Assembly (NCBI GenBank): GCA_964016885.1
Contig: OZ024741.1
Span: 240,126,001-240,190,000 of the forward strand
Length of the DNA stretch: 64,000 nt
Source of the DNA: Eledone cirrhosa
Lineage: Eukaryota
Direction of reading: 5' to 3'
In this document: positions 24,690-36,449 of the stretch, in pieces
How positions within the stretch are numbered: position 1 is the first letter of the stretch
How the letters are laid out: the number at the start of each line of letters is the position of its first letter
Made by a program: the position numbers and the translations under genes
Notes under the pieces: generated by a model
What the model was told of the DNA's origin: nothing
What the model saw: the letters and a program-made list of their open reading frames with translations, nothing else
Database searches by the model: none

Positions 24690-27065
24690 TGGGGTAGGTT
24701 TTGGTAAAGTCCTTGACTGAACTGAAGCTTCATATTTATTCTGTAGCTGACCTTCTGAATAACATTCACTCTTTGATCTCTCAGAATATATATTTCTTTT
24801 TATCATCTCTTCTGTATTCCTTGACATAGCAACAGGATTGTTAGACTGATACAACAATTGTTTCATCTCTGTTCTACCTTGGTATGCTGTAGTCTTTGTT
24901 GTAGTAGCTGTGTTATCTCTGTGTTTAATACATTTCATTATACACAGTGTTATAGAAACAACAATAGCCACTGATACTATTACTGCTGATGATACAATGA
25001 TAATAACCCATGTCATATGGACTCTACCGGAAGATTGTATAGGTACACTTTTCAACATTGGTGATGTCTCATTACTAACAGCCAATACCAAAGTCACACT
25101 AGTTGTTGATGACTGAACTGGACTACCACTGTCTTTTACAACAAACTTTAGTTCATAACTTCCAGCATCATTTAGATAAACTTGTCTGGAGAAGGATAAA
25201 GCACCACTGTGTGAGTTCATAGTAAACAACTGTTTATTATTTCCTTGTATGATTCCATATGTGAGGAAAGCATTGTTTCCACTGTCACCATCAGATGCTC
25301 TCAAAACTGTGATGTCACTCTTACTCTGGGGATGGTAGTGGACATTTAGGGTGTAAGGGTTAACACTAGGAAAGGTGAAATATGGAACATTGTCATTTTG
25401 ATCTAAAATCTCAACAACAACATTGGCTGTGTCATTCAGAGATGGATTTCCATTATCTTTGACAAAAACTTCAAATTTATACACATCTTGTTTCTCTCTA
25501 TCTAATGACATGGTGGCTGAAATAAAGCCATAACTGGTGATCTGAAATGGTAGATTTGATTTTTCTTTATGTAGCAGAGAATATGTGAGTTGTCCAGCAG
25601 ATCCAAGGTCAGGGTCAGTGGCATTGACAAAACCAATAGGGAAGTCTTTATCTTTGTTTTCATAGGTCAGGAATTGGAATGTCTCTTTGGTAAACTGTGG
25701 TTGTACATCATTGATATCAGTCACTTGGATAGAGAGAGTTTTAACACTTTTAAGAGGAGGTAATCCTTTATCTTGACATGAGACAGGAATGTTATAATGT
25801 CCTTGTGTTTCTCTGTCTACTGGTTTGTTTAGAACTATTTTATATTCTTTAGATCCCATTGACTGTAGTTTGAATGTATCATGTTTGATATCACAGCTGA
25901 TCTCTCCATTTTGTCCAACATCATTGTCAGTGACCATCACATAAGCAATGAAACTACCAACTTTGATATCTTCAGAAACGGTAGCTGTGTTGTCATTGAT
26001 AGCAGAAACATAATCTATATCAATAGATGGAGGGTTGTTGTGTTGGTTGATAACATTTACTAAAACTGTTGCTATGGAACTAAATGGAGGCTTACCACCA
26101 TCTCTAGCCTCTATAAACAATTCATAAGTTTTCTTTTTTCCCAAACTTGAATATTTATTTAAGAAAATGTTTCCACTGGTTTCATTTAATTGGAAATAAC
26201 CTTTTGTTAGGTCTGATGTCTTTGGGCTGAAATGGAAAGTAATTTTACCATTTTCCCCAGAATCAGCATCTGTTACAGATAACACAATGATAGGTTTAGA
26301 CTTATGATATGTACTTTGTATTGATATATTGTACAGAGGTTTAGAAAACTCTGGTGGGTTGTCATTCACATCTATTATAGAGATATTTATATTTAAAATA
26401 CCTTGTTTTGATGGTGAACCTCCATCTTTAGCTATGACCTGGAGTAAATATGTATCTTTGATTTCTCTGTCTAATGATTCTTTTAAAATTATGTTAAGAG
26501 AAGAAATACCATCTGCTCTTTTAGAGACTGACAGAGAGAATGGTTCACCATTCTTGGATTTTAATTTATACTGTATTAATGAATTTTGAAATCCAACATC
26601 TTTGTCTATGGCATTTGGAAGTGATACTTTAGATCCTTTGCTATCATTTTCATCAAACTGTATGTTGACTTGGTTCATAGGAAACTCAGGTTTATGATCA
26701 TTGATGTCTTCTATTACTATTTTGATTTTTAGTATTTTTGTAACACTTGTTCCTTTATTAACAACAACCTTCACAGTTCTAGAACATTCTTTATTGAAAG
26801 AACAAAGTTTCTCTGCATCCAGTGTCTGAGCAGTGTACAGTTTACCTGTTTTCGTGATATTAAATAACTGTGCCACCTTTCGTTTAAATTGACTGAATGT
26901 TATCAATTGTTGGTCAGATGGTTTAACATTGTCTAAAAGTTTAGAATCAGCAGCAATGTCTGCTACATATGTTCCTGGACTTCTCTCTTCTTCCACATGG
27001 TAGGTAAGGTCTATGGTCAGAACACAGTGAACCATTGATAATACAATAGACAATGACAGTAACAT
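24690..27065 (-). CDS. Pcdh: Protocadherin D large exon
   Basis: Intact ORF; donor at 24690; acceptor at 27134. The 842-aa ORF call runs on into the intronic SINE. Confidence 0.97.
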
Positions 27066-28709
27066 ATTGTTGTAGTTGTAGCTGTAGTTGTGTTGGTACT
27101 GGTTAAAGATGTCCAGATCAGTTGAGTGTTGAACCTAAAATGGAAATACATTGTGAACAATTATAAGAAATGAGTTGGTTTAAAATACACAGTGAAACAA
27201 AAATACATGCATGTATTATTTACAACAGAACATTTAAAGATTAAAGCACAAGGTAATAACTTAATTTCAACATATTTATAGAATTGAAAAATAAAATAAA
27301 ACAATAAATAAATATATAAAACCTGGTACTCTATGGAATATCTGATTTACCAAATAGATGACAATAGTGAAAAATAATTAATATGATACAAACTTTCACA
27401 TTTAAAACCATTAAAAAATGTTCCAGAAATTAGCTATAGTTTATACTTAGTTCTTATATGTAACAGCACACAACATATAATTTATTTTCTTAATCAGATT
27501 AAATTTTTGGCTGATATAAGTTTAGAGTGCCACTTATTTTGATATTAAAACATTTATCTGAATGTAATGTAGTCTTTGTGATATTATTTGAATATATGCT
27601 ACATGCTACTCATCATTAATGAGAAGAAAAAAAATCAACATTTCTAGACTGCTCCCCATATGATAAATCTATGTATATCTGAGACAAAAGTATAGTCAGG
27701 GACAGAGACTTTACATCTGAAGCAGGAGGTTTATAAATCAAACCTAGTCATTTGACTCACTCCTAAAAAATACAGGAATGTCGAGTCAGAGCTGACCTTA
27801 GAGATAAACAAACAAAAACCTCATGAATCATATTATATATCTCAATTCTAGATGAGACCAGTTATCTTAGAATTCTTCCATAAAAATGTAATAAACATTA
27901 ATTGCCTGAAATATCCACTTCTCAGTGATGTTATGGCAGATCTGAAGCTGTCCCTCAACTATGTTTTCACTACTTCAGTAACCTTTCTAGAAATCCTATA
28001 ATTTCATTCATAATCACAGACCACAAACATGTAGTTAATCTCTAAAGCTGTCTCCATTCTTGTCTGTAGACTTTCTTTGCTCCATTCATATTTCTTAATA
28101 TCTCATATTGATAAACTAAAATATTAATAATAATGATTAAATATAATATATTTTTAATAAAATACAACCACTTAAGAATATTAAAATATTATATATAAAC
28201 AAGAGCAAAGAATTTATGATTGATTAATTTAACATACCATTTAAGTGACTTATTACATCAGCCTTGGTTGAATATGAGAAATTTGATCAGTTCCAATACA
28301 TTAATTTTAAATACATATGGATTACAACCTTACATCAACAAATCTAAATTGTTTGTTATATATATATCTGGAGGTATGATGTTTACTTTTACTACAGTGT
28401 ACTTGTGACACATTTGTGCAACAAAGAATTCTTGTTACATTCTGTAAGGATCATTCTTGCTCTATAATCCAATATTTTTCCCATTTAATTACTTAAAGCA
28501 AACTATTTTACACATATGAAACATTCTTTACGTGTATTTTTTCAAAAGTAATTTCTATCAATTCCTATAAACCTCTATAAGATGTAAGATTCATTCATTC
28601 ATTCATTCATTTAGATCAAGGGAGCTCATTGAATTCTGAGATTAAAGATTAACTCTTCATTTTGTAATTACTTGTATTATCAATGATTGTTTGAAGAAAC
28701 AAGTCAGTG

Positions 28710-29030
28710 ATAAAGATATGACCAGCAGCAGGTTTACTGAAGATATGACTAGCACAAGAAGATCTAGTAAAGATATGACTGGCTCTAGGTCTAATGAAGG
28801 TATGACTAGCACTAAAGCTAATGAAGATGTGAACAGCACCTTGTTTAATGACGATAAGACCAGCACCAGGTCTAACAAAAACATGACTAACACCAGGCCT
28901 AATGAAGATATGATTAGCATTAGATATAATTAAGATATAACTAGCACCTGATCTAATGAAGATATGATTAGCACCAGGTCTGATAAAGATGTAACTAGCA
29001 CTAAATCTGATAAAGATATAGTCATTTTAA
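28710..29030. repeat. Degenerate 27-bp minisatellite in gene D intron 1
   Basis: Same consensus as 12570-13060. Confidence 0.85.
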
Positions 29031-30216
29031 GAATCACAATAAATCATCAATCATCATCATCATCATCATCCAGTTTTTGATTATGCAGGACACAATATAA
29101 CTTTCCGTGTAGTTTAAAGCATTTTTACAGTGGCTACTTCAAATATAAGTGTATCTGAGAGGCACGAGTGCCAATTATCTTAATATGACGATCAAACATT
29201 TTATGAAAAAATGAAGACTAAAATGCAACAGTTTAAGTAGAGTATCAGGAAAGTGAACAAAATTGTGATGATTAGAGATTATTAACAATAACATATAGGC
29301 ATAGAGAACATTACAAATCATAATTGATAATACAAAGATGGTGATGATGATTGTAAATTATTTTCAATTTAATCAGTAAATCTAACACATATTTAAAATA
29401 CAACTCAACTTTGATCTCCATCAAAAATATCAAAAATATTATAAAAATCTACAAACAAGAATTCATAACTAAATATAGCAAAATATAGTGTAAAATACAA
29501 TGGAAACTTTACAGTGAATTTATACAGCAGTTGTGTAGGAAAATGTTTAAAAAGTTATATTTTATTATAACTTACTCACAAACGTGATTTAATGGTAAAT
29601 ATATACAATATATATGGTGTTGACCTTATTTTTTCAGTTCCATAGCTAGACATTCTTCTTGTATTGTAATCCTGTATGCCACCATATTTCTATTCACTTC
29701 TTAATTGCTATAAATCCTACTATTTTTATCGTTATCCCTAACCAAAATCTATAACCACCATTAGCTCATCACTGATAATAATCTACACATTAATACCATA
29801 TTTAAACACATTAGAGCAAATTTATTCATATCTTAATATATTTTTCAAATAACATCTACCATATAGACAGAAATTACATCTTATGTACAAAAAAAAAAAA
29901 GAAAACAGGAATTAAACACAAACACACATTACACCACTATGTTATACAAACAGTTCTCTATCATTATTGAACTATATATGTAATACATATTATATAGACA
30001 AAGATAAGGTTGTTTTAATGGAATACAGTTCAAATATTAAATATCTTAAGCAACATAAAACAACACAGGCAACATTACTGAAAAATACGTGTGAATTATT
30101 GTTCAATCTCTTTGTTCACATCTTAAATATTAAATATGTTAGAACAATATCTTATAGATTTACTAAGATTTAGTATATAAAATAAGATTATAAAATGAGA
30201 TTTAATAGAAACTTAC

Positions 30217-30636
30217 CTCTTTAATAATTATATCCTTGGTTATTCAGTGAGAATAGAAATATGTATTGTTGTAGAAAGCTCCATTGTAAGTGCTGCTGTA
30301 ATGGTGTGTGACAATGGCTGTATGTTGATGGAGTAGTGTAGCACGTCAGGCAGATAGTCTGCTGCGTGTTATTGGAGTTGTATGATTGTGACAGTACATT
30401 TCTCTAATAATATTGTGTATGTATTTATCCTTAAATATGATGTTTGTTTACTGTTATCAATAACTATTTACATATATATAGATATATATATTAAATAGCT
30501 ACAATATTCTATAGTTAAACATAACATGTTTGGTTTAATAACATCAGTAATGTGAACGTTTCTCTTTGTTAGTGATTTCTGTCTATGTTTTAGTGAGAAT
30601 CTGATTGGTTGAATGACCTAAACAGAAGACCAATGA
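30217..30636 (-). promoter_or_regulatory. Conserved promoter / non-coding exon 1 cassette of gene D (16-bp internal deletion)
   Basis: Donor at 30217; ATTGG 30604 and CCAAT 30630; lacks taggatagggttgtgt. Confidence 0.73.
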
Positions 30637-31299
30637 TAACATTCTTTTATATTGATTTCAATTGGCAAAATACCTTTGATTCATACAAGAACATGAGATT
30701 ATGTGATGTTCATGAGGATTGCTTGCATTAATAAATAATATTTATGTTCAATCAAATTATTCCTAAAATCCAACGTTAGTATTCTCATTTAAATCTATTT
30801 TTTAATTAGAATAATTCCATATTGACACAGGAAAATGTGACATTTTGATTTTGATTAACATTTGCTGTTAGAAACTATACTTAGTTATATTTATGAATGA
30901 TTATTATACTATCTTCAGGTAAAAATAAAAAAAAAAAATAATAATAATGACAGATGTTTATCGACTTTACCTGCCCAGATCTGAAAGAGGCAGAGGTTTA
31001 ATTCAATTGGAACTGTCCTACAACAACAATTGGCCTGCACCAATATCTTGAAGCAACCAATGACTGGATGATGCAGGTAGTAAAACCCCATGAAACCAGC
31101 AAAAAGCTTCACTCTGTGATAAAAGAAAGCACCAAAAATAAATAGGAAATAAATCTGAACACAGCTGTGACACATGAAACTACTCTATCACCAATAGTGG
31201 CAGCAAAGGCCACAAAATTAGGAATAAAGGAAGCAAACCTTCAGCAGATGAAGACAAAATGGCAAAATACACCTCTACATATCTGACTTGAACCATGCA

Positions 31300-31870
31300 A
31301 GCTGATGTAAAAGAAAACCCTGACCTGTCAGAAGGTTTTTCATACTGGCTGCACAACACCAACGCCTTGCCACAAAAAATTATCAGGCAAACGTATTGGG
31401 AAAATATAATGATTATAAACACGGGTTCTGTGACAAATACTAAAACAGTGGCTCGCCTAATATCTGGCTGCACCACCTTAGCACCATCTGAATATAGAAA
31501 CATACATGACAGAGTAGGGCAGTACATCCAGTGGAAAATAAGTAAATTCTATGGAAAAGAAACAATGAAAACCTGCTATCGACACCATCCAGATCCAATA
31601 ACAGAAACTGGTAAAGTCATGATACGGTGAGATTTCACAATACACTTTGAGATACACTGACAGTAAGATCAAAGCAATAGACCAGATATCATAATAAAAG
31701 ATTAAAAAAACAAAATGTGCTTCATGATAGCCATGACAGTACCTGCTGATTTCAATGGGCTTTTTAAGATATTTGAAAATATTTCAAATTACAAGGATCT
31801 TGAAATAGAGATTAAGACCTGGTTGGATGTATGTGAATGCAGAGATATCTAAGGAAACAATAATAATAAT
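31300..31870 (+). mobile_element. Decayed 3' fragment of an RLE-type (R4/Dong-like) non-LTR retrotransposon
   Basis: ISGCTTLAPSEYRNIHDRVGQYIQW followed by disrupted RPDIIIKD and YKDLEIEI motifs; (TAA)n tail. Confidence 0.7.
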
Positions 31871-32261
31871 TTCTAATTTAAATACAATACAAGCAATTTT
31901 AAGGGAACAGGAGGATCAATGATAGCAACATCAATACATATAATATTTTATGTCTCAGAATAAATTAAGGTAAAATTCAACCTCAGCAGGATTTGAACAC
32001 CGAACTTGAGTAGACAATATATATTTCTAGAATATAATAAAACATGTTTACAGTAATAAAACATACATTGACTAAAAAGAAGTCCAGCTAATCTAAAGAA
32101 AGTAATGTTTATTTATCAAAAGAACAACTGATTGACACTTCAGGTTTTACATATATACACTGCTATATAGAATATAATAAAGAATGTGAATTTTTGAGAC
32201 ATGGTCAAGTTTATATAATATTTACATAGAGAAAGTTAAGTATGTCACTTCAATAATATAA

Positions 32262-32338
32262 TTATACATGTTTTACTGGTGTTTCTTCACTGGAATCTTT
32301 TGATGTAGATGTATCATTGTTTTTATATATATTTTGAT
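32262..32338 (-). CDS. Pcdh: Protocadherin E last coding exon
   Basis: ttgcag acceptor, ...PVKHV*. Confidence 0.85.
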
Positions 32339-32576
32339 CTGCAATTTAGGAAAAAATGATATTTTACAAAATTAAAGCAGGGAACATTCCCATATTAAAT
32401 AGTGTATAAAGACAGAAAAAGCAGAGTGATCAAATGCTTAAAGTAGTGGACAGGTAAATAGATACATTCTTCACTTTCTTATACAGTATTTTATATAGTT
32501 AAATATTGTTAGAAATATATGTGCATCTGAATGTGAGATTATATCTAAGTACAATATAGCAAAAGTAGTTGTTAAC

Positions 32577-32742
32577 CTGATATTCCTGGTAATTCTTCAT
32601 AATGTTTCATATCACCTTCATTCAATACACGTCTACTACTTCTCTTAGATGACATTGTATCTGATGTATAGTTACAAACTATAGGAGGATTATCTTCCAC
32701 AGCATCATCACTGGATGTCACCACAACAGGTTGACAATACTT
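32577..32742 (-). CDS. Pcdh: Protocadherin E cytoplasmic exon 3
   Basis: 166 nt, AG/GT bounded. Confidence 0.88.
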
Positions 32743-33124
32743 CTGTTGACAAACAAACCAAGAGAAATGTGAGGAGACATCAAACAATCCTAGTTACAAT
32801 AAACATGTAGTTTACAATTTAATATTGGACTATATTATTGAAGATAAAGCATTTTAAAAATAATCTTATTGTTTATAAGTATGTATACGTACATACGTAT
32901 ATGTATACAGACGTACAGTAGTATGTATATACATACATACATGCACACATATATATATATGGGTTTACTGAACATTTATTATAATGTTCGGTTTGTTTGT
33001 AAACAAACAGCCCGAATTAAGGCATACAGTGTTCGGCAACCATCGTTGCCCTTTTGTTCAACACTTAATGTTTATCTTTTGCATATAGAGTGAAGATAGA
33101 AAATATGTTAATCTTTTCACTTAC

Positions 33125-35497
33125 TGGGGTAGGTTTTGGTAAAGTTCTTGACTGAACTGAAGCTTCATATTTATTCTGTAGCTGACCTTCTGAATAACAT
33201 TCACTCTTTGATCTCTCAGAATATATATTTCTTTTTATCATCTCTTCTGTATTCCTTGACATAGCAACAGGATTGTTAGACTGATACAACAATTGTTTCA
33301 TCTCTGTTCTACCTTGGTATGCTGTAGTCTTTGTTGTAGTAGCTGTGTTATCTCTGTGTTTAATACATTTCATTATACACAGTGTTATAGAAACAACAAT
33401 AGCCACTGATACTATTACTGCTGATGATACAATGATAATAACCCATGTCATATGGACTCTACCTGAAGATTGTATAGGTACACTTTTCAACATTGGTGAT
33501 GTCTCATTACTAACAGCCAATACCAAAGTCACACTAGTTGTTGATGACTGAACTGGACTACCACTGTCTTTTACAACAAACTTTAGTTCATAACTTCCAG
33601 CATCATTTAGATAAACCTGTCTGGAGAATGATAAAGCACCACTGTGTGAGTTCATAGTAAACAACTGTTTATTATTTCCTTGTATGATTCCATATGTGAG
33701 GAAAGCATTGTTTCCACTGTCACCATCAGATGCTCTCAAAACTGTGATGTCACTCTTACTCTGGGGATGGTAGTGGACATTTAGGGTGTAAGGGTTAACA
33801 CTAGGAAAGGTGAAATATGGAACATTGTCATTTTGATCTAAAATCTCAACAACAACATTAGCTGTGTCATTCAGAGATGGACTTCCATTATCTTTGACAA
33901 AAACCTCAAATTTATACACATCTAGTTTCTCTCTGTCTAATGACATGGTGGCTGAAATAAAGCCATAACTTGTGATCAGAAATGGTAGATTTGATTTTTC
34001 TTTATGTATCAGAGAATATGTGAGTTGTCCAGCAGATCCAAGGTCAGGGTCAGTGGCATTGACAAAACCAATAGGGAAGTCTTTATCTTTGTTTTCATAG
34101 GTCAGGAATTGGAATGTATCTTTGGTAAACTGTGGTTGTACATCATTGATATCAGTCACTTGGATAGAGAGAGTTTTAACACTTTTAAGAGGAGGTAATC
34201 CTTTATCTTGACAGGAGACAGGAATGTTATAGTGTCCTTGTGTTTCTCTGTCTACTGGTTTGTTTAGAATTATTTTATATTCTTTAGATCCCATTGACTG
34301 TAGTTTGAATGTATCATGTTTGATATCACAGCTGACCTCTCCATTTTGTCCAACATCATTGTCAGTGACCATCACATAAGCAATGAAACTACCAACTTTG
34401 ATTTTTTCAGAAATGGTAGCTGTGTTGTCATTGATAGCAGAAACATAATCTATATCAATAGATGGGGGGTTGTTGTGTTGGTTTATAACATTTACCAGAA
34501 CTGTTGCAATGGAACTGAATGGAGGACTGCCTCCATCTCTGGCTTCTATAAATAATTCAAAAGATGTTTTTTCATTTAGACTAGAAATTCTCGACAAAAA
34601 TATTTTGCCATCTTTTCTATTTAATTCAAAATATTTCTGTGCTAGAGCTGAAGTTTTGGGGCTGAAATGGAAAGTAATTTTACTGTTGGGTCCTAAATCT
34701 TTGTCTGTCACTGATAAATTAAGAATAGGTTTGGTTTTGTCATGAGTGGTTCTAATGGAAATATTATAAAGTGGTTTTGAAAATACAGGTGGATTATCAT
34801 TCTCATCTTCTACAATAATCAGAACATTTAATACACACTGTTTAGATGGGGAGCCTCCATCTTTAGCAATAACTTCTAAATTGTATTTCTCTTTTATCTC
34901 TCTATCTAATTTATCTTTTAAAACTATATTTAAAGAGGAAATACCATCAGCTCTTTTAGAAACTGACAGAGAAAATAAATCATTAGACTTTTTAAGTTTA
35001 TATTCAATAAAAGAATTTTGGTAACTAATATCTTTGTCTATGGCGTTAGGAATTGATTTCTTCATACCTCTTCCCCCTATTTCCCAAAAATGTAAAGTGA
35101 TTTGTTTTTCTGGAAACTCTGGTTCATGGTCGTTAATGTCTTCTATTACTATTTTGATTTTTATGATTTTTGTAAAAGTTTCCACTTTCTTCATTATAAT
35201 TTTCACAGTTCTAGAACATTCTTTGTTGAATGTACAGAGCTTCTCTGCATCCAGTGTCTGAGCAGTGTACAGTTTACCTGTTTTAGTGATATTAAATAAC
35301 TGTGCCACCTTTCGTTTAAATTGACTGAATGTTATCAATTGTTGGTCAGATGGTTGAACATTGTCTAAAAGTTTAGAATCAGCAGCAATGTCTGCTACAT
35401 ATGTTCCTGGACTTCTCTCTTCTTCCACATGGTAGGTAAGGTCTATGGTCAGAACACAGTGGACCATTGATAATACAATAGACAATGACAGTAACAT
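33125..35497 (-). CDS. Pcdh: Protocadherin E large exon (subfamily II EC2-EC3)
   Basis: Intact ORF of 791 codons; donor at 33125; acceptor at 35574. Confidence 0.97.
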
Positions 35498-36449
35498 GTT
35501 GTGTTGGTAATGGTTAAAGATGTCCCGATATGTTGGTATTAGATAAAGATATCCAGATGTGTTGAGGACTGAACCTAAAATAGATATACATTTCCTCAGT
35601 TAACATTATTTAATTTGAACATACATTAAAATATATAGGAATAATTATAATGCCTCCTCTTCCTACCAATATTCACCTTCCCCACTTCTTGTCCATACCT
35701 CATCAGTCTTCCCCTCACATTACTGATCCTACACTCATTACTGTCTAAGTCTTTCCCAACCTAAGTCTCTCATACTTAGTACCCACTAGGAGATATCTTG
35801 GGTTCTCTGGGAGCCCTTCCATCCACTGATATACATTCAAACACCCAATACTTATTGGATGATGCTGTCCACACATAAAGAGAAATATCATGTATATTTC
35901 TGCAAATCGTATGAAACTACTCCTTTCCCACTACACCTAACAATGACCTACTTGTCATCATTCTCCCTTTCTCGTAGGCCACCACCACATCAACAACCCA
36001 ACACTTGCCCTCACTCCATCTCCTTCCCCATTGACAGGCAGCATGTAGCTGCCATTACAACCCACAGTTGTCATGCCACTCCCATCACTGCTTCTCTCTG
36101 TCTGGCTGAGCACATGATCACCCTAGTGTTTGTGCCACAATAAAATGCATAGAGTAGTATAAAGTAGTAATGCTGGTGTCATGATAAAACTCACCTAGTA
36201 CACTCTGTGAAGTGGTGGTGCTGGTGTAACAAGAAAATGCATCAAGCACATTCAGTCAAGGGGATCAAGCTATAAAAACCATACCAAAATGAAATCTATG
36301 AGCAAGACATGCTCATCTGGTCATTTCATCTATCTAGTCTAAGAAAGTGACAACCTGTCCATCTCACGCCACCATGAAAAACAAATATAAAACAATGAGG
36401 ATGACGATAGCTTAAAAATGAACCTAGAAATAAGCTATCTTTTCTTTTT

